Position numbers and translations under genes: made by a program. This document shows, one piece after another, positions 35,954 to 46,381 of a stretch of DNA of 57,742 nucleotides. The first letter of the stretch is position 1. Each line of letters begins with the position of its first letter. The notes under the pieces were generated by a model. The model saw only the letters and a program-made list of their open reading frames with translations, searched no databases and had not been told where the DNA came from. Source of the DNA: a virus; IMG/VR virus record IMGVR_UViG_2616645027_000001; one strand, 5' to 3'.

Positions 35954-36952
35954 CTAGACAGTAGCGTAAAAACCAAAATCAATTGCATTATCTTGCACTT
36001 CTATTTGCGCCTGAACACCCACGTTTCCGTCTTCTAATGCAACTTCTTGAACATTCATCATCCGGCCAGTAGCATTAATCTTAAAGATATGACCTTCACG
36101 ATCATCCATGCTAAGAACTAAAGGATAATAGTTAGCGTTCTCGTGATCTTCTGCCCACTCAAAAGGGTTACCTGATGTGGCGAAATCCAGTTGCTTAAAT
36201 GTAATGTCAATAACAACCTTCTCTTCTTGTAGCGTAATATCAGCACAATTAGGTTTATCGATAGGTGAAACAGTCCACCCAAGTGACGGTATATTAAAGG
36301 CGTGTGTACAAAGCGCTTCGCTATTAAACGTAAGTGTATTAAACGCACCGTTAGTAAACGTAACCGGAGCCACCGTAAGGGCAGGAACGTCCGTACCTAG
36401 AGGGGTACTTGTCACATCCACAGGTCGTTCGTACACTCCACCAAAATCTGATACAACAAACTTAGGTCGATCATCACTTAAGCTAATACCTAACTGGCCA
36501 CGAGCGTTTAACGTGTCATATCTGTACACACGAAAGTCACCGGGGCCGTTGGTTGCAACTGTACGTACCATACCAACCGACGCCATGTCAATGTTAGATC
36601 GATCAGACATGGTGAACACAACCTCACCTGCTGTCGATACATCCATGTCGTACCCGCAAGCTCGAATAACATCTGCCATAGGAGGCTCTTCAATGTTGCC
36701 TGCGCCGTCGCCACCGCCGCCAATCAAGTCCGCTTCAAAGCTGAACTTATTATAAAACGTAGTGTGCTTCTCTACAGAGTTACGACCAGTACCACCATCA
36801 TAGTCAATAGTTGTAGTGTCGCCATCATAAATAGACGCCTGTAGGTTAGACGTTCTTAAAATATCTGTCGCATCAAAAACTTCTTTAACACCTACGGCCG
36901 CTTGGGTTTCAACATAGAGCGCCTTCGAGCGTTCGTTGATATTAATAGTCAT
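35954..36952 (-). CDS. Major tail tube protein candidate, 332 aa
   Basis: Synteny: lies after the terminator-like/Z-like connector genes and before the chaperones. It is followed by a terminator. Confidence 0.6.
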   Translation of the reverse strand: MTININERSKALYVETQAAVGVKEVFDATDILRTSNLQASIYDGDTTTIDYDGGTGRNSVEKHTTFYNKFSFEADLIGGGGDGAGNIEEPPMADVIRACGYDMDVSTAGEVVFTMSDRSNIDMASVGMVRTVATNGPGDFRVYRYDTLNARGQLGISLSDDRPKFVVSDFGGVYERPVDVTSTPLGTDVPALTVAPVTFTNGAFNTLTFNSEALCTHAFNIPSLGWTVSPIDKPNCADITLQEEKVVIDITFKQLDFATSGNPFEWAEDHENANYYPLVLSMDDREGHIFKINATGRMMNVQEVALEDGNVGVQAQIEVQDNAIDFGFYATV

Positions 36953-37100
36953 CTTCGTTTACCTCTTCTGTTTTATTAGTGTCCTCTACTTCGGGGGACG
37001 GCATAACTTCTTTGTTGTCTATAGGCAGCCCACAATCGGTACAGCCGTTAGAGCCTTCTTTAATGAGGTTTCCCTCTTCATCATAATAAATCTTTGGCAT
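36942..37100 (-). CDS. Small protein, 52 aa (below track cutoff)
   Basis: TAATG coupling at 37100. Sequence is MPKIYYDEEGNLIKEGSNGCTDCGLPIDNKE.... Overlaps the major tail gene start by 11 nt. Confidence 0.4.
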   Translation of the reverse strand: MPKIYYDEEGNLIKEGSNGCTDCGLPIDNKEVMPSPEVEDTNKTEEVNEDDY

Positions 37101-37507
37101 TAACAGCCTCCTAGTGTGTAAGTTCTATACATGTCCATCCAGATACAAGTGTTACTTTTTATGGACCTTATCTCTCCTCCCGCAAATAACATCTCATGGA
37201 ACGGAATTTCCACTTCTTGTGGGTTAGGTTTATGTCCGCGAAAAACAGCTTTGGCATGACGCCTTGCTGTATATAAATCTTCTACCTTAGCCACAATAAC
37301 TAAGCTTATTGTCTCGTCTGTCGCTTGATCCTGAGAACCACTAAAGGTCTCTCCACGAGGGTCTTCGGTCATAGGATATAAATAACAAGCAGGGGTGTCT
37401 TTTAATTGTGACTCCGTAGGCTCCATGTAATTAGCTAGGTCGTACCGTTTAAAGTACTTCAGCATTTCATTAGATGTTTCATTTCTTAAACTTTCAATAT
37501 CTAACAT
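37100..37507 (-). CDS. Tail terminator-like protein (gpU position), 135 aa
   Basis: Called on synteny and size only. Confidence 0.4.
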   Translation of the reverse strand: MLDIESLRNETSNEMLKYFKRYDLANYMEPTESQLKDTPACYLYPMTEDPRGETFSGSQDQATDETISLVIVAKVEDLYTARRHAKAVFRGHKPNPQEVEIPFHEMLFAGGEIRSIKSNTCIWMDMYRTYTLGGC

Positions 37508-38061
37508 TACACTAGCCCCAAGCGTCTTCTAAAATGGTGATCAAACCGTCTGTCATACGTACGTTGAATAACTTCCTGTAGCCCACGTCTGTTAGACGTG
37601 GCGCGTACCATTTCTGGTATAGCTATGGTACGTAGTACTTTTATCTTTATTCTACGCCCCCTGTACCGACTACTTTGAGCCTCAATAGGGGTTAGTCGTT
37701 TCCATATTAAGGAACCAAAACGTTCTATCCGAAAAGCATTCCTAACGGTTTTAGTGCCCCCACCTTTTTTAACCTTTACTCTAACTTTTCTTGTTGCAGA
37801 GGTTGCAAACCTACCAAGGTGTGGTCGATTATCACGGTACGTGATGTCAACCTGACTCAACCTACCGCGTTGTCTTTGTATGTAAGATTTTTCTCTAACC
37901 TTAGCCGCCGACACATTAAAAACCTGTCTTACCTGCTTACTTATTTCGGTACGAGTTTTCCTACCTGTGTCGTTTAGTGCGCTTCTGGCAACGGCCGTTA
38001 CGGCAGGCGCGCCATATATTAAAGTGAGTTTTTCAGTATCCGCCGCTTGAAAAGCAAACAT
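37507..38061 (-). CDS. Minor tail protein Z-like / tail completion protein, 184 aa
   Basis: ALNDTGRKTRTEISKQVRQVFNVSAAKVREK resembles the gpZ family as recalled from memory. Synteny agrees. Confidence 0.45.
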   Translation of the reverse strand: MFAFQAADTEKLTLIYGAPAVTAVARSALNDTGRKTRTEISKQVRQVFNVSAAKVREKSYIQRQRGRLSQVDITYRDNRPHLGRFATSATRKVRVKVKKGGGTKTVRNAFRIERFGSLIWKRLTPIEAQSSRYRGRRIKIKVLRTIAIPEMVRATSNRRGLQEVIQRTYDRRFDHHFRRRLGLV

Positions 38062-38373
38062 TTACTCTTTCCCAACTTCTATTGTCCTCATATAACCATC
38101 GTCCTGAAGCTCTCTTCCAAGTATGTAAACTTGTCCTGTCTCAAGTGATGTTATTTTACTTCTGGAAGTATCGTGTTCAGGTAACTCCGAGTTTAAAACC
38201 TGAACAGCGTCCATTTGAAAAACAGTCTCATCATGCTCGCCCTCTAGTTCCACCATATGGTGATCTATAATGCGAACACGACAAGTCTTTCCATTACGGT
38301 CTTCATAGACGCCCGGGTAACTATGGTGCCGAAAGGCACTCATAGCTACTCGTTGTTCTCGGCGTCTACTCAC
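38062..38373 (-). CDS. Head-tail connector/adaptor candidate, 103 aa
   Basis: Position directly after the capsid gene. Confidence 0.4.
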   Translation of the reverse strand: MSRRREQRVAMSAFRHHSYPGVYEDRNGKTCRVRIIDHHMVELEGEHDETVFQMDAVQVLNSELPEHDTSRSKITSLETGQVYILGRELQDDGYMRTIEVGKE

Positions 38374-38376
38374 GTC

Positions 38377-39366
38377 CTAGCTCTTCGTTAGATTAACGAT
38401 AGCATTTGGACGAGTACACAAGTGGAGGGGGTTTGTTTGGGTTTCCATAACAACACCTTTATTCAACTCCATTGGCTCTGACTTCGCGTAGAAATCCAAT
38501 CCGATAGTGTTTACTGTCTCCATGTAATCCGCTGGTGCGTAACGTGCGATAAACAAGTCAGACACACCCATTGGGATAGCCCAAGCTTCGTCATCATCAA
38601 TTGTTACGCCTGCCCCGCCGCGATACTCTTCAAAAGTAACGCCGCCGTAAGGGAATCCCCGACGCAGGTCGTCACGCAAGTTAGAAGAACTTGTGAAACG
38701 TAACCAGCTTTCCTCTACTTTAGGATGGGCAACGAACTCGTCAAACCAATTCTTGCCGCAAAGTACGTGGATACCTGTGTAAGGTACTCCGCCCAATTGA
38801 GCGTCTACAATGCGCTTTAACTCAACAACTTCGTTTTGAATCTTAGCAGTAGCTGTAGTAAACGGAAAATCGTACGTAGTTGCGGTAGTGCCCATTTCAT
38901 TATGAAGGTCTAACAACACAGTACTGCCGTCAGCATCAATAATTTGACCCTTGATGGCACCCAACATGTGGTTTTCTTTGGTTAACTGCAAGTTCTGTAC
39001 GTGCTTACCTAGAAGTTCATTGATCTTCATTTCAACACCCGCAGCCGTATCTTCTGTGCCGAACAAGCGAACGTTTTGAACTTCTTCTGCTAGTACGTTA
39101 GAGCGCTGACTTAGATGCAAAGTTTTGAACGGACGAGACTCGTACTTGTCGCCTACAACAGTAGCCGGGGTTGAACCGCGTTCGCTTGCTGAAACTAGGT
39201 TTACAGAGTTTTGACCAATATCGATGAAAACAGAAGTGGTATCAATACCTCGGGTATTGAACAAGTTCAATTCGGCAATACGGGTCGGCGTATAGACCAA
39301 TTTCTTGATCGCAAGTGTTAGCGAACGAAGGCTGAAAAGGTCGCTATTAAAAACATCAACTGACAT
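38377..39366 (-). CDS. Major capsid protein, lambda gpE family, 329 aa
   Basis: The N-terminus FNSDLFSLRSLTLAIKKLVYTPTRIAELNLFNTRGIDTTSVFID and its size match the gpE-like family pattern. Confidence 0.8.
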   Translation of the reverse strand: MSVDVFNSDLFSLRSLTLAIKKLVYTPTRIAELNLFNTRGIDTTSVFIDIGQNSVNLVSASERGSTPATVVGDKYESRPFKTLHLSQRSNVLAEEVQNVRLFGTEDTAAGVEMKINELLGKHVQNLQLTKENHMLGAIKGQIIDADGSTVLLDLHNEMGTTATTYDFPFTTATAKIQNEVVELKRIVDAQLGGVPYTGIHVLCGKNWFDEFVAHPKVEESWLRFTSSSNLRDDLRRGFPYGGVTFEEYRGGAGVTIDDDEAWAIPMGVSDLFIARYAPADYMETVNTIGLDFYAKSEPMELNKGVVMETQTNPLHLCTRPNAIVNLTKS

Positions 39367-39383
39367 TATTTAGTTCTCCTTAA

Positions 39384-39746
39384 TTAAACTACTTTGATGC
39401 CTTGCTCTAACAAGCGAGCAATTGCAGCATCTTCCATTGCGGCATCGAAAGCAGCAGGAAAGGTTAAACGGGCACGTGCTACTTCTGCATCACGTGCGAT
39501 TACAACAACTTCCGATAATGTTTCGTCAATTGCTACTGGTGTGTAAAGTACAGCCACTGGGTCAGTTGCTGCATCTACTACTTCGCCGTACTCGTCGGCG
39601 GTTAACTGGACAACAGTGCCGCTGACTACCTTAGCTGTAGGTGCGACATAAGCAGCAGCAGGTGCTCCTTCTTCACGGCTACGGTAACCATTAGCTTCTG
39701 TAACGATAAACTCTCCAGTGTGGTTTCCTTCTTTTAGAACAGTCAT
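39384..39746 (-). CDS. Head decoration protein-like, 120 aa
   Basis: GEFIVTEANGYRSREEG resembles the l.SEANG.rSRe signature of decoration proteins. It lies between the protease and capsid genes. Confidence 0.55.
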   Translation of the reverse strand: MTVLKEGNHTGEFIVTEANGYRSREEGAPAAAYVAPTAKVVSGTVVQLTADEYGEVVDAATDPVAVLYTPVAIDETLSEVVVIARDAEVARARLTFPAAFDAAMEDAAIARLLEQGIKVV

Positions 39747-39762
39747 TTTTATCTCCGTTCAA

Positions 39763-41094
39763 TTAGTTAGTTTGGTAGCTGTAGAGGACTTCTGTTTCCT
39801 CGTCTAGCTGCTTAGATTGATCTCCTTCACCGGAAGTGATCGTATTACGAATCTCTGCATCTTCAGCCGTCATTTCTGCAATTACTGCAGCGGCTAAATC
39901 AGCAGGTGATTCGAAATTTGCTTCGACGCGAGCAACTTGCTCGGCGGTCATTTCCGCAGCAGTCAACTTGCCGCGTAACTGTTGTAACTTGTCCAAAGAA
40001 GCTGTAACAGTTTCGACAGAAGCTTGGTTTTTAACAAACCCTGCAACGTGATTAATGGCGTCCATTTTTTCACACAGTTCTGTAATAGCAACTGCGTCAA
40101 AAGAAGATGCTTCCGAAGTAGGTTGCTCATCCTTTACAACGGCCTCCTTTTGTACAACAGAATCTTCTGCTACTTGTTTGGTATCCTTTGCTTCCATAGA
40201 AGCGCCAGAAGGTGCTACAACACCTTTATCTGTTTCTTTACTCATTGTCTCAATAACCTCGTTAAATGACATAGTTTCATCCGCTAAGCCGATCTCTACG
40301 GCTGTCGCGCCTTCGTAAGTCTGGGCCTCGGTTGCCAAGACTGAATCAACAGACATCGAACGAGTTTCAGATACTAGTTCGGCAAATATTTGTCGAGTAG
40401 TATCGATTCGACTCTGAATCTTTTCCTTCACTGGGCCTGACAAGGCTTCAAACGGGTTACCGTCTACCTTGTGCTCGCCTGAGTGAATGAGAGTAACTTT
40501 GATACCCTCTTTTGTTAGTTTCTTAGAATAATCTTGATGCGCCACTAGCACACCAATAGAGCCCACAATACCTGTTTGTGGGACATAGATTTTTTCAGCC
40601 GCTGAAGCGATAGCGTATGCCGCTGAAGTGGCCTGTTCACCAACAAATGCAGCAATGGGTTTTTCGTCACGAGAGGCAGCTACTAATCGACAAAGATCAA
40701 AGCAACCTGCTACTTCCCCGCCCGGCGAATCAATATCTAAGACAATTGACTGTACGTTAGGGTCGTCCAATGCTTGGGAAAACATGGTCAGTATTCCGTT
40801 GTACCCCTGCATTCCTGAAGCTGTTGGTAGATAAGAGCCCTTATTAACTAAGGCTCCGCTTACAGGGATAACTGCTACCCCATCAAGTATTTGATAGCCC
40901 ACCACTTGTGTTCGCAAGGTTGGGTTTTCCAACGCCTGCTCGGGCGTGATGCCAGTTCCATCAGGCATAGTTATTTGGCCTATTTGTAGCGTGGGGTCTT
41001 GACCCGAAAACGCAGCAACGAATGTTGCTAGATAAGACTCCTCCACTAGCAAGGGCTGGTTAAATAATCTACTGGCTAGGTTTAGATACTTCAT
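39763..41094 (-). CDS. S49 (SppA/lambda gpC-like) prohead protease with C-terminal acidic scaffold-like region
   Basis: Contains LDIDSPGGEVAG, ATSAAYAIASAA and GEHKVDGNPF. I prefer ATG 41094 (MKYLNLASRLFNQPLL) over the track start at 41142. Confidence 0.8.
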   Translation of the reverse strand: MKYLNLASRLFNQPLLVEESYLATFVAAFSGQDPTLQIGQITMPDGTGITPEQALENPTLRTQVVGYQILDGVAVIPVSGALVNKGSYLPTASGMQGYNGILTMFSQALDDPNVQSIVLDIDSPGGEVAGCFDLCRLVAASRDEKPIAAFVGEQATSAAYAIASAAEKIYVPQTGIVGSIGVLVAHQDYSKKLTKEGIKVTLIHSGEHKVDGNPFEALSGPVKEKIQSRIDTTRQIFAELVSETRSMSVDSVLATEAQTYEGATAVEIGLADETMSFNEVIETMSKETDKGVVAPSGASMEAKDTKQVAEDSVVQKEAVVKDEQPTSEASSFDAVAITELCEKMDAINHVAGFVKNQASVETVTASLDKLQQLRGKLTAAEMTAEQVARVEANFESPADLAAAVIAEMTAEDAEIRNTITSGEGDQSKQLDEETEVLYSYQTN

Positions 41095-42568
41095 CTTTAT
41101 CTTTGTCCTCTGAGTTGTTAGTGTCGGAAGGCATTTCCACACCTTTCTCTTTCATCAACTTTTGCTTCTTAGCCATGTGCTCAACATTTTCGTCGAGAAC
41201 TTTATCGGCATCACAGTTGTGTTTACGGGCTTCTTTCTCGTGTGTACTCAAGTCCGTTTCGATTCTTAGAGCCGCAGCCTGCGCGTCTTGTAGCGGGTGG
41301 ACATACGCCCATCCTTGTGGACGCCAATCTACGTCTAAATATTCTGCTCTACGGTTAGCATAGTCTGGCAACTGTAGTCGTCCAGATAGCACACCCGCAT
41401 CCATCCACCAAGCTAACGTACTTTGACATAGCTGTGTGATCAGATAGATTTCTTGAATAGCCTCGATCTCTCTCTGGAAATCATTAAGAATGGCTCTTAA
41501 GATACGGTCATTCACTTCTTTCCAATCCCCGGTAACCAACTCGTAAGGCACGCCAAAAGATGATGAGATAGACATGAGCTGCTGCCGCATGTAATCAGCA
41601 TAAAACTCTCCGCCTTTTTCAGCGTCGAATAAGTTTAGCTTTTCTCCGTCACCAAGTTGTGTGATAACGCCCGCGATAAAATTAACATCTGGTATCTCCA
41701 TATCAGGGTCGAAATGCTCACCTGTTATAGGGTCAATCTGCATACCTCGAGAGTCGTACTTTGCCTCGCGCTCGATAGTACCTGTGAACGAAGCGTGGTT
41801 CTTTTTACGCTCAAGTTCGTAATCATCATAAGCTTCGAGGTTTGCGTTCTTGAACAAAGCCGAAGAGTGTATTGGCATACCGCGAAGTTGACCGGGGCGC
41901 ATAGGAATGTAGTGGTGTACTACGTCCTTTGCCAATATACGAACACGTTGATCTTTTGTTTTAAAATTATTCTGTTCGTCGTCAGGGTGATCTTTAAAGA
42001 AGTGATAGGCTACTCGATCACCTCTTGAGTTTAATTCGATACCCGCTCTAATATAATTACCGTTACTTGTAGTGGTATTGTAGGTTGTATCCAACAAGTC
42101 CGACTCAAGTAATTGTATTTGCATAGGTACACCATTAAACGAACGCGAGGGTCTACGTCTGCGACGTAAAAACACTTCGCCTGATTCGTTACGACCCCGA
42201 CTACCTAATCTTTGGCCGGCATAAAAGTGACCGATTCCGTCACTGTACATATTAGGCAAGCTTTCTTTCCAAGCGTCTGTTAACTGGCCTCTTACATCCT
42301 CATCTTCAACAAGAAAACGACACGTTATACCTGTGCCAATTTCGTGCTTAACAAGTGCCCTAAGAGCGTTACCAATATAAGGACTGTTTCTAACCGCATC
42401 CCTTGCGCGGTTTCTTACCTTTGCTAATTCTGGCGTTACAGCCGAATTGGGGCCTGCAGCTTTTCCTGACATAACAGTAGAACGCTTACCGCGACTAGCT
42501 GCCGTGTTATGGGTGGTTCTCGCTGTTTGACGCAAAGGAAACCCATGAATGTCTAAAATTGCTGTCAT
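41069..42568 (-). CDS. Portal protein, lambda gpB family, 499 aa
   Basis: Synteny TerL-W-portal-protease. RNRARDAVRNSPYIGNALRALVKHEIGTGI is portal-like. Confidence 0.8.
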   Translation of the reverse strand: MTAILDIHGFPLRQTARTTHNTAASRGKRSTVMSGKAAGPNSAVTPELAKVRNRARDAVRNSPYIGNALRALVKHEIGTGITCRFLVEDEDVRGQLTDAWKESLPNMYSDGIGHFYAGQRLGSRGRNESGEVFLRRRRRPSRSFNGVPMQIQLLESDLLDTTYNTTTSNGNYIRAGIELNSRGDRVAYHFFKDHPDDEQNNFKTKDQRVRILAKDVVHHYIPMRPGQLRGMPIHSSALFKNANLEAYDDYELERKKNHASFTGTIEREAKYDSRGMQIDPITGEHFDPDMEIPDVNFIAGVITQLGDGEKLNLFDAEKGGEFYADYMRQQLMSISSSFGVPYELVTGDWKEVNDRILRAILNDFQREIEAIQEIYLITQLCQSTLAWWMDAGVLSGRLQLPDYANRRAEYLDVDWRPQGWAYVHPLQDAQAAALRIETDLSTHEKEARKHNCDADKVLDENVEHMAKKQKLMKEKGVEMPSDTNNSEDKDKDEVSKPSQ

Positions 42569-42571
42569 TGT

Positions 42572-42802
42572 TTATAGTCCCTGATCAACACAAAGTCTAA
42601 AACTATTGCGTTCTCGTTTACCCTTTCCGTTGTTCTCATTAAGCGCTTTAATAGTACGCTGCTCAATACGAAGCATCTCATCCAAGTCTCGATAAACAAC
42701 CAGCCTATCTTGGTGCTTAGACTTAAGTTCCCCCGAAACAATGGCCTGTTGTAGTATCCGCAGGTCTTCTATTGTATAAAAGCAAAAATTAGCGACCGGC
42801 AT
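42572..42802 (-). CDS. gpW-like head-tail joining protein, 76 aa
   Basis: Size and position between TerL and the portal gene. Confidence 0.5.
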   Translation of the reverse strand: MPVANFCFYTIEDLRILQQAIVSGELKSKHQDRLVVYRDLDEMLRIEQRTIKALNENNGKGKRERNSFRLCVDQGL

Positions 42803-44855
42803 TATGTACCCTCCTATAAGGACGTTTTTTCACCTCGCGGCGCTGGCCGGACGTAACAACATTACTATTTTTATCAAGTTCTGCAGCCCACAAAGGGGGC
42901 CTCTGCCAATTGATATCGTGTCCACCTAAGTGGTGCCATATCGCTAACACATAAACAAACAGGTCGAGTGTTTCGTTAGCCTTTCCTCGTATTTGTTCCC
43001 ACCCGTGAGGCTCCCTTATCTCCGAGTTTAGTAACTCTTCGTAATGAAAATCTTTATAGTACTTGGGGAACTGCACATAACCCCAACCATCAAAATCTCT
43101 TTCAAGTTGACCCATTATGTCGTCTTTAAAACGATCAGTGTTTACCATTAACACAGGCACGTCACCTGTACTAGATACGTTTCGGCCCGCCTGCTTTCTA
43201 CTATCAGGCCAGCTTAGCGAAACCTTGTCGGCATTTTCTTTAATCTTTTTCTTAACCGAGTCTCCGCCCATACCACGGATGAGGTAACACTTTCTTTGTA
43301 GTTGGGGCTCCAGTGTACGATACCAATTAAGAGCATTATCGTAAACACCGGGCTCTCCCCCACAATCCACTACAAGGTAGTGGTTCATTAATTCTTTTCC
43401 GCCCGGTAGCTTAAAAGTAGCGTTTATTTTCGCGTTTAACTGCTCCCAGTCTTCTTCATAAACAGCAGGCTGTATTCTGTCAGTGGTACCGTTTCGATCT
43501 ACTTCTTTAAGTGCATACCTGTCCATAGCCCACATACGGTTCTCGATTCCCATTCCGATAACACAGAATTCAAAGCGAGAGTTCTTACCACCCTGTACGT
43601 CAACACTAGTAAGGATAGTCCTTACCCCATCAGGCACACTAAACCTTTCTACGTCCAAGGCTCTTTCTTTTAGGAGATCATAGTTAGCTGCCTTAGCACG
43701 CCTAGATTTAGGTATGTAAGGATAAACAAACTCTTGGTTGTAACAGTTCTTTAACGCTTCTTCGTCACCAGAACGAAGGTACTGATCTTCCGCTCGGGCA
43801 TAGGTCAGTGCTATTTCGTACCAACTGTTGAAAGATGCGAACCACCCCGCGCACCAAAAACTGGCACGCCTAGACTTTCGTCCTTCTCCACTAATAACAC
43901 CTTGGCTGTCTATGGTCTGACCTTCTTTTAGCCACACTGCTGTAGCTCGAAAAGCTCTTTCATGCTCCAAGGTAATGTGTCCTTCGCAATTATCGCAAAC
44001 TAAAGCGATTTGTTCGGCTCGCTCCTCTACGCTATCTGCCTCTGGCATATACATAGACTCATCAGGGTTAGGCGAAGGCTTAAAATATTCATCACAGTGC
44101 GGACACTGTGCATATACCATGCGTCGATCTCCTGTGTTGTAGAGACCTAGTATACCTTTAGTAGGAGGAGCCTCGTGAGGCGCATCCTGAGAGGCTACCC
44201 ACTTAGGGTCCTCAACTTCTTTTGAGGGGGTACTTTCTACCGCACACATGGCTTTACTCATGTAAGTAGTAGTACGCTTTTTCATCTGGTCAAAACCAGA
44301 ACCTTCTCCACCAACATCGTCAGGCCACCGATCATAATCGGTGCCAAGCATAAACCCAATGGGCTTACCTGCAAGTTGGTTTCGACTAGGCCAGCCTACG
44401 TTAAGGAGCTGACCAGACTTAAATTTCTTTCTAAATACCGTATCGCTCGTGCGGCCCGGTAACAACAAGTCTCTTAGCTTAGGAGAGTTGTTAAGCATTC
44501 GGTCAAGTCTTCTAACAGAGAAGTCATTGGCCGACGCCATATCTTTTTCAATAATCATTGCGTCCATCGGGTCAGCAACAATTTTATGCGCGGCACCATT
44601 CAAGATCACCGACTGTGTTTTTCCGTTCTGTACGCCAGCAGCAAGTATCACGCTATCAAAATATCTCGACGTTAGGCAATCCGCAGGCTCTGCCATCAAG
44701 GGAGCTAGATGAGGGGGATAATACCCTGTGTAAGCCTCATCTTTAAGATAAACATACTCGGCCGCACACTCAGTTACCGTAAGGCGCTTGGGTGGGCGTA
44801 CGATGTCTACTGTCGGCAACAACGTTGCCTTTGTTGAAGCAAAGTTATCCATCAA
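42789..44855 (-). CDS. Terminase large subunit, GpA family, 688 aa
   Basis: Walker A-like AAGVQNGKTQ, Cys cluster CPHCDEYF...CDNCEGH, plus size and synteny. Confidence 0.85.
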   Translation of the reverse strand: MMDNFASTKATLLPTVDIVRPPKRLTVTECAAEYVYLKDEAYTGYYPPHLAPLMAEPADCLTSRYFDSVILAAGVQNGKTQSVILNGAAHKIVADPMDAMIIEKDMASANDFSVRRLDRMLNNSPKLRDLLLPGRTSDTVFRKKFKSGQLLNVGWPSRNQLAGKPIGFMLGTDYDRWPDDVGGEGSGFDQMKKRTTTYMSKAMCAVESTPSKEVEDPKWVASQDAPHEAPPTKGILGLYNTGDRRMVYAQCPHCDEYFKPSPNPDESMYMPEADSVEERAEQIALVCDNCEGHITLEHERAFRATAVWLKEGQTIDSQGVISGEGRKSRRASFWCAGWFASFNSWYEIALTYARAEDQYLRSGDEEALKNCYNQEFVYPYIPKSRRAKAANYDLLKERALDVERFSVPDGVRTILTSVDVQGGKNSRFEFCVIGMGIENRMWAMDRYALKEVDRNGTTDRIQPAVYEEDWEQLNAKINATFKLPGGKELMNHYLVVDCGGEPGVYDNALNWYRTLEPQLQRKCYLIRGMGGDSVKKKIKENADKVSLSWPDSRKQAGRNVSSTGDVPVLMVNTDRFKDDIMGQLERDFDGWGYVQFPKYYKDFHYEELLNSEIREPHGWEQIRGKANETLDLFVYVLAIWHHLGGHDINWQRPPLWAAELDKNSNVVTSGQRREVKKRPYRRVHNAGR

Positions 44856-45339
44856 TCTGATTATCTTCTACTTCTAAATACTCCTCTAGATTATGAGCTA
44901 AAGACTGCCTAGCATCATCAATGGAGCCAAGGAAAACTTTTAGTTGGTCGGCTTGCAGCCCAACTTCATGTTCTATTCTATCGGGTAAGGTGTCTAATGC
45001 GAAAACAACAATCTTAAAGGCCTCTGCAACAACCTCTCGAACCTCGGTTACCGGGATAAGTTCTCTCAAAGAGCTTTCGTAGGTCAAACGCTTGTTCTGT
45101 GCGTCGTACCAATCTTTGGCATCCTTTGGGTCCATCTTAGTAGGGTCTGTCTCACCACTCTCAGAGTTCTCAACGCCCCAAGAAGGCATAGCACTCAGTG
45201 CTACAGCAGCGGTTTTGAATGAATACTCTTCTCTTGTATCTGACTTCTTATCGGGGGCGTACTTTCCCAAGTATTTTTTTAACGTACGTCTGTCGACGCC
45301 TGTAAGCTCCGACAATTTATTTATTGAAAAGGTTTCCAT
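44845..45339 (-). CDS. Terminase small subunit candidate (N-terminal HTH), 164 aa
   Basis: INKLSELTGVDRRTLKKYL looks like an HTH. It overlaps the TerL start. Confidence 0.55.
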   Translation of the reverse strand: METFSINKLSELTGVDRRTLKKYLGKYAPDKKSDTREEYSFKTAAVALSAMPSWGVENSESGETDPTKMDPKDAKDWYDAQNKRLTYESSLRELIPVTEVREVVAEAFKIVVFALDTLPDRIEHEVGLQADQLKVFLGSIDDARQSLAHNLEEYLEVEDNQIDG

Positions 45340-45366
45340 CTTATTGACCGTAAGTTGTTGTTTTTT

Positions 45367-46380
45367 CTATAAAAATATAGGCTCTATTGTTAGTTGATAG
45401 TTTTGTCCTGTTTGATCATCATCGCCTTCGATGTTCACAGCTTTGAATGCGATCTCATCTCCACCAGTTAGTGTCCCAAAGTATTTCATAAAAAATGTTG
45501 AAGAGCCGCTGTCTCCATCTGACGTAGCTCGGGCCTGCGTAACAAATTGGCCGTTCTTGTACATCTCAACCGAAAAAGACTCATCAGAAGTGGTTTCTGG
45601 CTCAAACTCACCAAAGAACTCTAACTTTATGTCCCTGTCCTGCGTTATAACAGCAGGTATCTTTAAAGCACGAGTAATAGAACCTGTTGCCTCGCCCCCA
45701 CTAGGCGTCGGGAAAGTCAACCCAGAATTAATTAGAGTAAAGTTTTCTGGATTAAATTGGATGGTCATAAAGTCCAAGTCAATAGTGTCATTATCAGACA
45801 CCGACTCGTCTTGACTATTATCATTTATAGAAGCATAAAAATAAGTGTTTTGTGGCGCAGGAGCAGGCGACTCTTGGAAGGCAGCTGCGTCGCCGTAAAC
45901 CCCGAAATAAGCTACTCGGTGAAAAGGTGCAGTTTCATCATCGCCTTCAAGTGTTACACTTCTAGTTGTATTTGTTTCGGTTGGATGAGCAGCGTTACTA
46001 CCACCTATGCGTCGATTAGTCTGTCTGCCCGAAGGATTAGCATCAATTACAGTACCTGTCAGACCATTAACAGCGGTCGTATCATCAACATGAACACCAA
46101 TAGAAGAACTACCCGCTCTTATAAAGTCATCGTGAGAAACAACTGTAAATGATCCATCAGCATTATCGGTTAGGAACCCATGTCCGTTTGCTATAAACTT
46201 AGCTTCTAGTAACGGATTGTCCGACCACTGATAAGTTTGCCCCATAAACAGCTTTCCATCTGTCGGAGTATTATCCGTGTCGTAAAATAACTGTCCAATC
46301 AAAAGGTTACTAACAACAGCAGAAGAGCCAGCACTGGAACCACCACTTGATCCCACGGTGCCTTGTTTGTAAAAAGGCAT
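45367..46380 (-). CDS. Fibre-like protein with tail-collar-like N-terminal half, 337 aa
   Basis: Gly/Ser-rich N-terminus, then IGQLFYDTD...GQTYQWSDNPLL...DFIRAG...GGSNAAHPTE, ordered like a collar domain. Confidence 0.5.
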   Translation of the reverse strand: MPFYKQGTVGSSGGSSAGSSAVVSNLLIGQLFYDTDNTPTDGKLFMGQTYQWSDNPLLEAKFIANGHGFLTDNADGSFTVVSHDDFIRAGSSSIGVHVDDTTAVNGLTGTVIDANPSGRQTNRRIGGSNAAHPTETNTTRSVTLEGDDETAPFHRVAYFGVYGDAAAFQESPAPAPQNTYFYASINDNSQDESVSDNDTIDLDFMTIQFNPENFTLINSGLTFPTPSGGEATGSITRALKIPAVITQDRDIKLEFFGEFEPETTSDESFSVEMYKNGQFVTQARATSDGDSGSSTFFMKYFGTLTGGDEIAFKAVNIEGDDDQTGQNYQLTIEPIFL

Positions 46381-46381
46381 A

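Noticed and set aside
36118-36755. ORFs overlapping the major tail gene (36118..36348, 36177..36755, 36508..36723)
   Set aside because: They are embedded or antisense frames within a well-supported structural gene.
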